Of a DNA stretch of 64,000 nucleotides, positions 25,828 to 41,566 are shown piece after piece. A program made the translations under genes and the position numbers. The number at the start of each line of letters is the position of its first letter. Positions within the stretch are counted from its first letter, which is position 1. The notes beneath the pieces are model-generated. The model was not told where the DNA came from and searched no databases. It was given only the letters and a program-made list of their open reading frames with translations. Source of the stretch: Basidiobolus meristosporus CBS 931.73 (lineage: Eukaryota > Fungi > Basidiobolomycota); the NCBI GenBank assembly GCA_002104905.1, contig MCFE01000464.1, forward strand, positions 1-64,000. Reading direction: 5' to 3'.

Positions 25828-26346
25828 AGTTAATGATCGAGTTTATTGGTGTAAATTACTCGTTTGATATCCATGAGGATAATCGCATGTTCAGTTCTTT
25901 CTCTAGTTTTGGTTTGCCATGAGGTCGGGCCACCATACCGATAGCAGTTTCTTAATTCTTCTTGAAATCTGTTCATTTATACGTACTAATGATAAGCGTC
26001 TGTAAAGTAAAGCGACCAATTTCCGAATCTACCATGCTCGTAATGAATCGCCCACATAACGAGCACTTGTTGTATTGGAACGCCCCACTTGGTGCGATCT
26101 GTTGGCAGTTATATTTATATAAAGAAATGCATCTGCATATTCAAGGTGCGCTAGGGATGTGTTCGGTCAACGTGGGTAGACCGCTTCATGAAATAATTTA
26201 TATACAGAGTAAGAATGTGTACAAATGCAGCGAAATTGCTAATAAGCCTTCAGACCCAAGCTGGTTTACGTTCCCCGAGCTGCTAGGTAAGGAATATCGA
26301 TGAAAATGACTGACTTGGCTCGGGGGGGGGGGGTAAATATGATCAA

Positions 26347-28469
26347 TTAATGAAAGGCTCTTCGGAGATCGTCCCATTTCTTCTGCAGTTGCACTCGTTC
26401 GTTTTCAGACTCTGCATATTGCATTTTAGCGTCAATGAGACGTGCCTCAAGTTCTGAAAGCTGATCTTCCAGATTGGTATTCTGATCAGCAAGCTCGAGA
26501 TTTTTACGCGCCAAAAGCTCCATTTCCTGGCCAACAGATAGCTCCGCCTCCTTACGGGATCGCTCCAGCTGCTCCTTCAGCTGAGCAACTTCAAACTTAA
26601 GCGCTTCGTTCTCGTCTTGAAGTCGAGCGACATCGAGTTTACTTTGGACAAATTCGTTTGCCAATTCACAATGCTCCTCGTTTAACGTTTGTACGGTATG
26701 TTCGAGGGTTTTCACCCCGTCCTCTAGCCGCTTATTGTCGCTCTTCAGAGACGCGATGAGGAGCACTTCGGCTTGTTGTTTCTGGACCTCGGCTTGGTAA
26801 TCTCGAGAAAGGCGGTCTAGTCGCTTTGGTGTGATCTTTACATCGTATGCATCGTTGATCAGTTTATCGATCTTCCCATCGTATACATGATACAAATGAT
26901 GTTTGAGAAAATCGAGTAGAGTTTCAAACGGCATTTCAACCAGTCTATCCTGGTTCGCTTTCAGAAGGGCTATCGCGAACCGAAATAGGCTTTCTACTCC
27001 TTCGGCAAGTATGATGTCAAAGATACGGAACACCAGTGGAAGTGGGAATCTATAAGCAAACAGCGTCATAAACCACTGGGAAGCATACATCGATGATGTT
27101 ACACTTTCTGCCTTCATATGCTTGTGAAGGTTGGGCAGGTATTCCTCCAACAGATGATCGAATTGATAAAGTCGAAGGTGGAGGGTTTCCATTTGTGGAG
27201 TAAAGTGTCCACGAAGCCCGTAAGCTCTCATCAATCTTACCAAAACGCAGAATGCTTCCTCCTCAGGCATCTAAAGAAAACATTAATACTGGCTTCGAAA
27301 AATCCAAGTCGTTTTACGTGCTTACATGGAGGAGTAATGGTCCAACTACGAATGAAATCCCTTGGCAGTAGCCAACCTCGGTATCGTATAGCGAGAATGC
27401 CTTTACTACGTTGTACAGGCTTTCCTGACCGGCTCCGCCATTTTGGAAAAATGAGTGATTGGGAAATGTGCGCGACAAGTCACGAATGATCATTTTATCG
27501 AAGGGAGAGGTCTGCTCAAGAAGCTGGCTATACAGACTCTCAAGAGGCGAATCCTTGCTCTTGCTCATGAGCTGCCAAACAGGGCCTCGGAGGGAGGAAG
27601 GAATACCCCGCTGGATATTTTTCGATACCAGACGGCTCTGCTTGCGGGTCATGCCGGGATAATCGCTAATGAGCATTCCCCAGAATTCTAAATACAAAGT
27701 AAGTACCTAACGATGGTCAACAATCACAACTGATCTTCATACCCCAATTGATGTTCGCTTCAGCCTCCTCGTTGATCAAATCTTGGAAATGTATTACGGG
27801 GGACTGGAAAGCGGATTCTTTAGACTTCAGGTCAACTTCAGAGACTGTGTCCACGCCGATGAACGGACTATTGCCCAACAGGGAGAAGGGATCCGAAATT
27901 TGGTGAGAATCATAATCCTTGGGGGTAGTCAGAGGAGCATCGGAGCTGATGGAGCCCTCGCTCAAGCTGCTTTTACCAGAATCACGATTACTTGAGGTAT
28001 ATGGAACTGGTGTGATCTGGAGTGATTCACGTGATTCAAGTCTGTTACGGCCACTGCGAAGACTCAGGGCTGATGGCGCAACTTTGACTTCGTAACTGAA
28101 ATCCGACTCCTCGCTTGAGGGGAGTACCTCTGTTTGTGGTGCTTGGCTCACGGAACTCTGGTGGCCCAGGTACTCTTCTTTGTCTTCAATAACTTGGGCT
28201 AACGGAGTCATATCCATATGGTTGACGGAAGACTGTAGCATACTTTCCGCCAATGAGGAGCTACTCGTCAATGACGCGTTGTCGTGCAATGAATACTCAG
28301 TATCTGAATCCATCAAGCTATCTATTGCTTTAGAGTCCAGGACCTCGACTTGGCAAGTGGAAATTTTTTCAGTATTTTCAAGCGGCAAGGCTCCATTGTC
28401 AAAACCTATAGGGCCTTGGCTATAAACGCGAGAATATGCGTGGTCCTCGACAGATGGAATTGCAGTCAT
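26347..28469 (-). CDS. GYP5: TBC-domain Rab GTPase-activating protein with C-terminal coiled coil (Gyp5/EVI5-like); 3 exons
   Basis: GIPSSLRGPVWQLM, IIRDLSRTFP (R finger), VGYCQG (Q finger), EEEAFCVLVRLM, MYASQWFMTLFAYRFPL, followed by a heptad-rich tail. Confidence 0.9.
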
Positions 28470-31250
28470 GTGAGCGACTTGTTATGTCTATGTAGATTAA
28501 GTGTCGAAGATGAATATCGTCTGGTTATAAAGACGATGTATGCAATGCTTATTAAGTGTCGAGTTGGATAAACCCAGTGAAATTATTATAAATCTAAGAA
28601 CAAAGGGATTGTTTGACAGGTACAGCACTTGAAGTGTGGACGAATTTTAGGAACTGACAAAGCTATCGGAAGCGACGCGGCGATGTATTATATTTGAGTG
28701 AAGAAATAGGAAACGGATATGCAGCCAAAACAGGATCCCTATGTCTATTTTGTAAACATTCTTCTGAGGTGGCGCCAGGCGAACATGCGTATTCATTGGA
28801 TGACGTTTATTTTTATGATTTTTTTTCCGTATGTGGTATACTTGCCGATTCCATATAGAGGTGAAACAAATTAAATTGACGAAAAATATCCTCAATCCGA
28901 ATTGTGGGTATATTTAAAATTCGCCTACCATTGAAATGGAAAGTGCACTTATGCGCGCATCTCGGGAAATACGATGCATTGTTCGGTCAGGGAGTCGAAT
29001 CGAGAAATATGAATATGGGGATCTCCGGTACAAGCAGCCAGCGAAGTATTTGGGGAACAGGTAGGACTCCGGTTACTTGGCCAATGGAATCCAACCTAGT
29101 GAAACATATATACGAAGCCCGTATTAAACTTGACTCAGAATATTGCTGGAGATTTTCATCTAATCACAGCACTGATAGTCTAGATGTTGGGCAAAACAAA
29201 CCCATGAGCAACTTCGCCCCGTCGCCAACCTGGCGATATCTTTCAACCAGATTATTTCACTCCCAAACCGGCCTGGCTCATACGTAATGATCCCCCAAAA
29301 CAACCCAGGCTGAGATCTTGGCAGTTGAATGCTGTGCTGATGACTACATGACCATGGGCTTCAGGGTTACACCTCACAATTGGCGCTGGAGTCTCGCCCA
29401 TTATGAAATCCATATCAAGTTAGAGCGCTACCCATTGGCTTAAAACCATCCCGATGAAAGCTTATTAGCGCTCTATGATTTGAGTTATAAATAGGCAAGA
29501 TAGATGCGTGCCGAAACCAACAAGCGTACACTGATCTGCGCTGATAGTTATCGATAAATGTAGATCTCAATGTTATCAGTTATTTCACTTAAATGCAGAT
29601 CTCTCTGAGTATTGATCTGATTCCGCCGATATACTATCGAACACCATGCACCATCACGGGACACCAATCAAGCGCTAGTTTTGTCAGCAGGAGCCACTTG
29701 TAAATGAATTTAAGATGGCTCACCTGTTGAAGACACGTGTATATTTAATCTGAGTTGACCGTAAACAACCGCATACAAAACAAAGCAATCAAGTTTTATC
29801 TAGTTTAGAGGCTGTGCTGGGCTTTCCCATTGTTTTATGAAATGTTGAAGCTGGCTGTCTAGCTTTCACGGGATAGTGCAGGTAAATTGGTGTTATCACG
29901 GAGGATTTAATGCATCTCCAGCTCTGTTGATCGATGTTCTTCAATCCGTGATTGATGATGATGTTCACACCCTTCAACCTTTGTTTGATGGATGATTTGC
30001 AGATCGAGTGTGTGTTATTGTGGGTTCGTGGGGACAATCAGATCGCCATATCAATGTGGTTGTGTTGGGTGGCTTGGTCACGTATTCGGTTTAATCGAAA
30101 TAGCTTTGAAAGCTTTGATTGCACCAAATTCTCTTCGCCAATCTCTGGGCAAATCGCCAAATGGTTAAACACCTGTGGCAGCGCAGCTCAGCCAACCATA
30201 CTGGGTAACCCTGAATATACTGTATTGATTGGATTTCCATTATTTTATTCCCTTTGTATATACCTCTACTCGACTCTGGCTGATTACTTTTCCAACACAG
30301 AGTATAGGTGATAAGGGATGACCATATACTGTTCAACCAATCTAGTCCATAACCAAAAACATTTGGGGTGATTGCCTTTTTGATCGATGTAAATAAGTGA
30401 CGGTCGATTACGCGCAACATGGTGTCAATTTGACGGATGCAAATAATGGGGTGCTACTCATTCTGGTTTGGTTGATTTTCATACGGTAGATCTCACGACA
30501 GTAAGGCATCTCCAACAATGCTCCGAGCGGAGAGTGGTGAACATATTGTCTATATGGCCTGTTCTAGTGTGTGTCATGAAAATCGAATGGATATGAAGTG
30601 ATGTTCCAGTGTGCAAAAAGAGGTAGATATGATACGGATGCAGTGCCGGATGACGTGTTCCAGTACGCACAGAGTGATAAAGAGCCCCAAGCGGAGGAGA
30701 AGGTGCTTGCTAGGTTACGAAGCGACACTTCTTGAAAGGGTTTCAGGTTTTAACAGGATATGGTCATAGTTTTGTCTTGTCATATGGTGTTAGATTGGAA
30801 GAAGTAAGATTGCATGAATTTCTTGAGAAATAAGATAGAATACGAGGTGAATTGATGCTTATTTTTGATTTTTACAAGTGCGCCAGATATAACTGCAGAC
30901 TGTATTGTTAATACTGGGTATAGGGAACACCGGGTTGCTTGGTTTATATTAAAGAGATTGAAGATCGAGCTCTACTGCCAACATTCGCTACGATTTATGG
31001 TGGACAGGTCAGACTCTCGTTACACGACCAATGGAAATCAGCTCAGTAGGACTTGCACCCTATTAAACTTAGCTCAGAATGTTGTTGAGATTTCTCATTA
31101 ATTGCTGTTATTTAGTGCTAGTTCAGTCTAGCATACATAGTACTTGAAGGGTTATGGCTAGTATTGGCTGTATCGAACAATTGCTTTAAATGACTGTCAA
31201 ACCTGACTGAATATCCCCCTCATTGCTAGCGGTAAGAACTAAAAGCCGTT

Positions 31251-33662
31251 ATGATTATATGGTTACAACGCTGCTACCCACTATACGCATTATATAATTA
31301 TGCTGCCGACTTATATATATATCAGCGTACATCAACCGAGAAAGCAAGGGATGTGAAGAGTGTTCACTTGGATGGATTTGAAGGGGCTATATACTCGGGA
31401 TTCCTTCAGCTGAGGCTAGCAGTAGCCGTAGCCGGGTCCTTGAGCTTTCTAGAGAGCCGTATATCTGTACACTCTTTGGGCAGCACTACTGTCTGTGTTG
31501 TAGCCCTCAGAATTTCAAACATGGTTGGGAATGACCCCGAGGGTGTCTATGCCTATATATTCGGTTCCCCTCCAGTAAGAGATGGTGCTTTTGCAGAGTA
31601 TTTCAGTAATAGTTTTGGTGACAATTTCAGGTTGTTTTACAACTATGGCGATATTATCCCATGTATCACCAGCTGTATCTCCAACCGTGGAGAGGAGCTC
31701 GTAAGAAAGATGCTGATGCATTTATACGCAATTGTCACCACAAACAACGCAATTGAATCTCACAACACAATACGTGAAAAGGCTATCGCATTCTTCTAAA
31801 GTCTGGGCTCTCCTGGGGGCTTTTACCACTTAGTGAATGCTAGAGTAATGTAGGCGGCTTGTGGTCCCTGGTTACGGATCCTAAATGCCTTGAGATCCCT
31901 AATATCAAGCTACTAAGTATACAAAAACACCACATAAATTCCCACTTCAACAGCCTTCAAAGTTGGTAACCTTCACACAACATTCCGAGGGAGAACAATG
32001 GCTTATGTAGCATGCGTCCAGATGGATCGTCCAGAATTTTGGACGTACTCCACTCCTCGTGGGGTACAACCAAGGTGAACAGCGTGCTGGTAAGGTCCGA
32101 TGAATATGTGGGAAATCAACGTATTCTCAAATCCGAAGTCTTTGGTTCCAACATACACAACGCGAAATTTTGGTTCAAGGGAGACGAAATGAAACCGGAG
32201 AACTATCTCCAGAAAAATCATGATGCCGTTATAAAAACGCGCGCGTGTCGGCCAAGTCCGATATACGGGAAGAGTCTTTGGGCTATACATCCATATTCGG
32301 AAGGGACACTAGATTCAAATATGTCGCCTTTGTTGAAGAGAGTAATAGAAGCCGAAACAAGTATGTGAGAAGTATGAGCCTAGGCGAGGTTTTAAATTTG
32401 GGCTTCGCTTATTCCTCATGTGATGGCCTCGATCATGATCACGAGTTTGGAGAGACTAGGTGATTTATACGATGCCTATGTTCTGCATATCTCCAACCCC
32501 AATGCCACGAGCAACATCTTGAGCAAGCTGGACAAGCACGCCACTCTAACAGAGCAGAGTAACGATCAGGAATACATACCCAGTGGCCCCGAGCCAGCAC
32601 CGAAGGCAGAGGAAAAGTCGTACACCAAGTATCATGAGGCCAGATGGGACGTTAACAATGTGGAGTTGTCATACTTGCAGACAAATCTTACCAAGAATAT
32701 CACATTAGGATTGATGGGTTTTCTTACTTGCAACAAGATGTACTTAGCAAAAGAGAAGCTTTTGAAGGCGGTCAGATCAGTGAGCAAAGCAAGCGCTGTA
32801 ATGTCCGCAGCGGCCATGGCTATGAAAAAGATGCAAATGGCAATCCTGATAAAATCTGTGGTCTTTTACTATGTGGGTCGAGGCGTACCAGTCATGATTA
32901 TGTTGCTTATGTGCGATGTGTTGAAGTCAGCAAAGGAATTTTCAGGATCAGAAAGACAAGTTGTACCTGTGCAATGCGGAATACATAGCCAAATAGTTGG
33001 AAGCCTCGGTACATCTCGACTCGGACGTATAGCTAAATTTCTTGGAAATTTTGATGATAGTGTATGAGATGCGTTAGGTGATAATCAAGTGTTATGGAGT
33101 GGTCATGATAGGAAAAAGAAGACCAGTAAAGGTAGCTTCCTGCAAAACCTGGGTTTTGATACTGGTGCGGCGGCCACCATATCTACGAAGTCTACAAAGG
33201 TTTTCAGGCCATTCAATAAGAGCAATTTCGTATTCCTGGACTTTCCAGGGCTCGGTGAGAGATCTGAGGTGATTCAAAGATCCATATTCTACAACACCAA
33301 TATGACCGGAGCTTGTATCATGATATTCTGACTGCGGTAGACAGTATGGAGTTCGCCGAGATGTTGGGGGATCATATGATCAACTACCGTAACAACTGCA
33401 GATACATAATATTTCTTAACAAAGCTTGGGCAAGCCTGAGGTTCAGCTTTTACTCAAGGCCAAGATTGACGAGTTAAAGCAAACCATTAATAATCTCAAC
33501 TGTGGGAAGCCGGCACATCTTGAGATATGTCCATCGTATTTCAAGGGGAGATTGGTTAAACAGGCGAACCCCCAAAAAATCAGAGTTAGAAACAAATGGA
33601 ATACTATGTGTGAAAAAGGCGATGGAAGAGGTGAAGACCACGTTGGACAAGTTGGGTATTGA
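31251..33662 (+). pseudogene. Decayed class-3 lipase - P-loop GTPase fusion gene
   Basis: Lipase: YSGFL, SVHSLG (Ser), YIFGSPPV, YNYGDIIP (Asp), SIQKHHINSH at about 31928 (His). GTPase: frameshifted G1 (IGKRRP / KGSFL, about 33111-33140), G3 FLDFPG (33239), G4 IIFLNK (33418). Several stops and frameshifts; no clear introns. Confidence 0.7.
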
Positions 33663-34281
33663 TTGTGACATATCAACACTCAATTAGAAGTAGTTTCATG
33701 ATTTCCTGGCCTGCTATGCAGTAGTCAAGCAACAAACTCCAAAATGTACCTCCATTGTTGACTAAGGAAGATTTTGAGAGTTGCATACGAGTCCAAAGCT
33801 ACTAGTACAACGCTGTATATATCAAAGTAAGAGTAATGTCATGTATTCAAGGGGTAAACTATAAATAAGCTCGAGTATCAGTCTTCCATAACTTTGTGAC
33901 TGTGCTACAATTATCGATTATCTACTGTCATGATAAAGTCCGAATGTACGAAGAGATAGAACATATTAACAGACTGCTTTGTTCATTGTCCGCAAATGGT
34001 GTGAAGAGAAAATGCGCTGTCATGAATTCTTCAAGCAAATACGGGAAATCTTTCAGAATGTCCAAAAGCATGCTATTGATAGGATTTCGGAAATGGATTT
34101 CATAAACTGATCGAAATTGTGAAGCATCTCAATGATATATCCAAAATTTTGCAGTTTATCTTTTTTGGTTGAGAAGCCACCTAAGGATCAAAATTTCGGA
34201 GTTCGATGGAAAATTTTGTTGAAATACAAGTGTGGTTTGACCTCTTCGTATTGACTGTAGCTTCCAACTACTCTTTGCACA

Positions 34282-34896
34282 ATGGCTGAAGAACAAACTT
34301 TGAATCCCAATCTTTGCTACAATCTTACTTATTTCAAAGGTACGTATGGAATATGTGTATGCCCGGCGGATTCTCCACTTACAGGTTGCTTTTGTTAGAT
34401 CTGATGAAGGGTCTTCGTAAGATTGATGACAACATCATGCTTCAGATGAATACCACCAACATCCACTCTGAGGATTCATGCGCCACTTTCTTCGGCCAGC
34501 TTTCCGAGGCCTATAAGAAGCGGGAGCATACCATTCAGTATTGTTTGAAGGTATATTTCAAAGAAGCTCGTAACCAGATTGCGTTTTAGTAACTTGGCCT
34601 AGGTTATGGACGAAGAGCTGGCTATGAAGCAAAAGGAATTGCACGATGACCCTGATGACTATGACGTTCGTGATAGTATTTATACTACAGAATCTCAGGT
34701 ATTGAGGCGAATTTTTGACGAGCAGTCTGTATAACCAACCATTTCTAACTTGTATATTCAAAAGCGCCGTATGATCCACAACGAGCTGGTGGTCGAGGAT
34801 ATTGTCCGTGATCGTAGTCTTAAGGTTTTCCGTGAAAAGTGCAGATCCCACCGTATTCCCAAGGAATTCAAGAAATTCCTGAAGAGAGAAATCTGA
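34282..34896 (+). CDS. MIX23: Mix23/Cid2/CCDC58 family mitochondrial intermembrane-space protein; 4 exons
   Basis: Spliced: MAEEQTLNPNLCYNLTYFK/DLMKGLRKIDDNIMLQMN...C..FF..L...Y..RE..IQYC/.../RRMIHNELVVEDIVRDRSLKVFREKC. Confidence 0.9.
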
Positions 34897-36819
34897 TATG
34901 CTCGGGCAACGGTATCGCTAGACAAGTCCAAATCAACCATTCTACCTCCATTCTGCATTTAGTCTATGTTTCTCGGTGTTTAGCAATCCAATTGTTATAA
35001 AAATCATCTTCCTACCTCTGGTTACCATACAAATCTTATATGACTTAACCATCAATACCCAGATCGGCATTCTATGGATCGTTCGGAGTTGTACGAGAAA
35101 ATAAAAGGAAACCACCCGAACGTAGATGGTCCATGTAGCGGCGATTGGTCAAAGCAACACTGCGGGCGGTTGAGATACTTATTAAAGCTATGGCCACAGG
35201 ACAGATCTGTATCATGATTGTTGTGGACAAGGTGCCAATGGTAGTGAGTGCATCAATGGCTCCATTTCGAGGATTCTGGAGAACCTGTCTAGATAATCAA
35301 GGATAAAGTGATTGATCAGATCAGTAGTGTTTCGTGGCGATGCAAAGCAGGGAAGGAATCAATCTTCTGACGAAGTGTTCGGTAGTATCGTTGCCCTATC
35401 AGGAATTACAAGTGGATTTAAGCCATCTTCCAGAAATTCCACGAATTTCATGCAGCAACGAACGCAGGTCAGAGAAATCCAAGTTGATGCATGCCCTGTT
35501 TGGGTAGGCTCCCACGATCATTGATAGACGAATAGGTTGCACTTTCATGCATGTACGCTTCGTCAGATTGAGAAAATCAAGATCATGCTATGTGCCCAAT
35601 CGCAGGGCCATCATTGCTTTTTGATGAGATCATTGCTCGCAGAAGACCAATGTAGAAATTTTGGGTTGTGCATATACCATCAATGTCGTTCTAACCACTA
35701 GAAGGACTCACGGTGCCGAAGTCCAGGTGAACCAACTGCCGGATAAGCTTCTAGAATTACGTGTCCCCCTATGGTAGTGAATTTCCCTTGGAGAGGCCGG
35801 CAAAGAGAAGTCCTGCAAGCCACCCTGAATCGCGAAGACTGGCTCCCATGTAACGAAGGATGATTACGTCCACAGTGGATTGTAGCAGCCCGTTACAGGC
35901 TGGGATACAATTGGCGTATTCAGCTGCGAAACAAATAGACATCATGATTCTCCCTGATATCATGCCAAGAGGCTTACCATTTCAAATCAATCCCTATACG
36001 TGACAGCAAAATTCCAAGCCCGATGTAAACAGCCTAGAGTGATAGCCAGTCACCAGAAGTCACTTGGGCAATTTATGAGGCGCGCTATTTCTTTGGGGAC
36101 TGGGACCAAGTGAATTAATTCCCAATTCGCCACAGACCTCTCGATTGACAGGAAATCGAGCTCTTGAGCAAAGGGCAAACAGACAGTAGTCCAAACATTC
36201 AACATCGAGGCTGTGGATGAAAGTGACATTCAAAACCTTCTACACCTGACCTGATCCCACCATCCAAAAAGGTGACTGATGCTGGAGCAATCATGTAGGT
36301 GATTGGCCGACAAGCGCGCTATTCCACTATTGAATAAGGTTGTAAACTTAAGCCTGTCATGCTCTTGTGTGTCGTAGCATCAGCCTTACCAGGCATTGCT
36401 GGATTGGATTACTCAAGGGCCTAATGTTGCGGTCATTCTCCCGTAATACCAAAAGTTGATGCATTGAAGAGGTAATCGTACTTGGCATGTAGATCCGGTG
36501 GGTGTGTAATGGTGATCAAAAATGGCACCTCTCCAGCCAGAATCCGTTGCAACACTAATGGGAGAGCCACTCATGATTTTTGGTTTGTTTTGACTGGTGG
36601 AGCACTTTATATCCATGGCCCGAATGAGTGATGTGAAGTGCAGAGGAAAACTTCTACAAATGGTAAGCGATCATGTAGAAGTGAAGAAAAAGTTGACTAG
36701 CTATTGTATGATTCAAATTCTTCGTAGGTTTTACATTTACATCAACATCACTCTCCCTATTTGGTTCTATCTAGAAATTTATGAACTCGTGTACTTGATT
36801 CTCCTTTGGGAATCCGTCT

Positions 36820-36827
36820 TATATAAA
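36820..36827 (+). promoter_or_regulatory. TATA box of the subtilisin gene
   Basis: TATATAAA about 140 nt upstream of the ATG at 36963. Confidence 0.45.
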
Positions 36828-36962
36828 GCCAAGGCGTACGGGTGATCGCCTAAATACAAGCACTAAGCCATTGCCTAAACTTTGTCCATCCCGCGGTTCA
36901 TTGCCTCCGTTAGATAGAGCCTCATCCCTTGCGACAAACAAGACTCCACACCCCAAGCACAC

Positions 36963-38672
<1,710 letters not shown>

Positions 38673-39356
38673 CCCCCATATCTGTACACTCTATAATAGC
38701 CAAAATTTTGTTCTGTATATATTTTTCGAGCACGTATATACACTTATGTCTACGTTCTCTAGGATTAGATTTATCACGACATGTAAATAGCTGGCTTATT
38801 TAACGCAACTCCAGCCTAATAAACAAGTAAATGAACAGAATCTGGCTGATCGGATCATTGATAGCCTATTGGTGTCACTTGGCATTGTGTACAAGGACAG
38901 GGCTGTATTAGTATCAAGCATTCTCCCCGATCAGGCTAGTGGAGAAATGCTGACAATCTCGCAGGCACGAAAGCTCACGCGATTGCCTATTCCTGAAAAG
39001 CTGCCCTACAGAGAGGGAACAATCACCTTCGCCCATGCTAGGGACATTCATTAAGCAGAGCGCTGTGACTAATACATTTTCCGCGTGCTCAACGTGGGTA
39101 AGACCAATCAAGCCGCTGTATCTGAAGTAGGGTTGAAGGTTCATGTCCTTGTGTAGAATACATACTCTCATCAATCATGTATGAAAATCCTCATACGAGT
39201 GTGGATGACCTACTCGCATTTGCCACGTTCTCTATGCCCAAAGTATTCAGGTCAGATCATGTGGGAAGAATTTGATGGAAGATCGAATATCTATTATTGG
39301 TTAAAGAGATGATTTAGATATAAGCAGACTAGGGCTCGAAAATCCAGGTTCTTCAA

Positions 39357-40878
39357 ATGATGTGGAGTTGGTTCATAGCTTCGCATGTGGCACTCTTGAG
39401 TGTTAGCTTCGCTCTGGCTGGTCAGCAGCTTCCCTTTTATACCGAGGATAGTCTGAATGAACAAACTCTGCGACTAAAACACATCTTACATTTGGATGTT
39501 CTGCATCAAAACTTGTTCCGTCGTCTGGACCTCGACAAGGACGACGTTTTTATTGCCGATTACTTACACGAAGACGAAAGAGTGGAGGATTTCGAGGTAC
39601 TATCCGTCCAGAAGACGAGCAGCTCTCTAAAAGCTGTCGAGAAACTGTATATGAAGCCACTTATCAAAAACCTCGACCACAAACAACTAGCTGTACCAAT
39701 GGTGAAAAATGAACGTTGGAGCGAGGAGAAAATATGGGTTCCGGATATGGAGGATAAAGAGACTATATTGACCTTGGCAAAAATGACTTACAACACATAC
39801 TTGGCTCCCAAAACCTCCAAGTGGTATGACTTGGGCGAACAGTGGCAAACGGTATCTTAACCCTACAATAGCCATTCAGATAGTATTTATACTTACCCAA
39901 CTGATGAAAAACCTAGAATTCTTCCTTTGGCTGGGAGAAAGATGGTCTACGCGGTCACGTATTCGGTAATGAAGACAATTCAACGCTTGTTATCGCATTC
40001 AAAGGAACCAACGCGGCATTTCTATGGATGGGTGACGGTGAAACCTCCATGCAGGATAAACTCAATGTTAGTTCTCATTTTGTATTCCTCACCTCTGGTG
40101 AAAGTACAGAAGACTGAATATTTTATCGCTAGGACAATCTCCTCTTTTCGTGTTGCTGTGGCCGCGTGGATCCCACATGGGCTCCAGTGTGTGGATGCTT
40201 TATGGGCTCCAATACATGTAATCAAACTTGTGTGGAGGAGAGCTTAACTGGAAGAAGTCTCTATTATCAGGCAGCTATGGTCCGATCCTATTCTGAGGCA
40301 GTTTTTAGTCCAAAAGTTAACATTCCTGGCGAATTTACAGAAACTATTCTATGAAGTTGCTGATATGTATCCTACATCGAACATCTGGTTCACCGGGCAT
40401 TCGCTTGGAGGCTCAATATCTGCTTTGCTAGGCCTGACATTTGGAATACCTACTGTTACCTTTGAAGCTCCCGGCGAGTTAATGGCTGCCAAACGTCTAC
40501 ATCTTCCCATGCCGCCGGGGGTGGACATGTCAAAAGTTCCAATCTGGCATCTAGGTCATAACGCAGATCCCATATACACCGGATCATGTACAGTAAGTTG
40601 TGAAATAACTCTGGAACCACGTAGACAGCCTATCCACCACCTTACTCTAGGGAATTACAAGCTCATGCTACTTTGGAGGGTACGCGATGGAAAGTAAATG
40701 CCACACCGGGAAAGCATGCGTGTACGATGTCATATCGAAATTCAATTGGAAACAGGATATTCGGTCCCATCGCATCGAAACTGTTATTGAGAAAGTGCTG
40801 AAACCTTGGGATAGCGTTGCCCATTGTGAAGTAGAAAAAGATTGTGTGGATTGTGGGTTATGGAGATATCATGATTAA
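39357..40878 (+). CDS. ATG15: Autophagy-related vacuolar phospholipase Atg15, multi-exon
   Basis: [75 protein letters not shown] and ESKCHTG. Confidence 0.95.
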
Positions 40879-41566
40879 GCGCTCATATATACAGATACCC
40901 CAATCGTAATGCTTTATACCCATTGTCCATCCTACTAGATCTCATGCATCACCATTACATATTCCTCATTCCTCCAAGCTGGTATTAAGTTACCCGGGCG
41001 CGTAGCTATGGTTAAGTGAGCTTGGCGCTATCTATGGGCTTGTTTTCTAACTCGCGCAATGCCAACGGGCCTTGTAGCAACAGAACAGGACTCAATAAAG
41101 CCCCAAGGCTGGCGGGTATCGGCAATATTTCAGGAAGACAGATTGTGTTTTTGCATGTTCCAGTAGTTGGGGCCGGCTCATTTCGATTATCTCACTTTAT
41201 AGTTCACCTTCATGTCACAATGAGGTGATGACTGTAAATTTATTTCAGCAACAATGATTCCATGTGTAGGGGTATGAGAGAACTCGACTGAAACTCGTAA
41301 TAGCCTGCCTATTACGAACCGGGAGAGTACGACGCATCAATGATGACAACACACAGTGTTGTGATGTTGTGGTTGATTTATGCATAAGGTGACCGGTAAT
41401 TTAGGGAAAACCTCAAATAAGAACGATTGTATGATGACTTACCTAGGCTGCAACGAAAAAAGACTCGTGGCTTGTTTATATTGTTGAGAAACATCCTAGT
41501 CTCCTTGGTGCCATTACCCCTGAAGACCATACAAACATGCATTTGACCATATCTAGCCAATAAGTA

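Noticed and set aside
26322-26333. G12 homopolymer next to the TBC gene stop
   Set aside because: A simple homopolymer in a 3' region, without a G-quadruplex repeat pattern; its length may be an assembly artefact.
30150-30260. NQYSIFRVTQYGWLSC resembling a phytocyanin/cupredoxin segment
   Set aside because: No start codon, signal peptide or copper ligands; too short to support.
35650-35760. LVHLDFG on the minus strand resembling a PI3/4-kinase HIDFG motif
   Set aside because: A single short motif flanked by stops, with no other kinase motifs in order.
40995-41070. gggcgcgtagctatggttaag resembles a tRNA 5' half
   Set aside because: No TPsiC arm (GTTCRA) and no complementary acceptor stem at tRNA distance.
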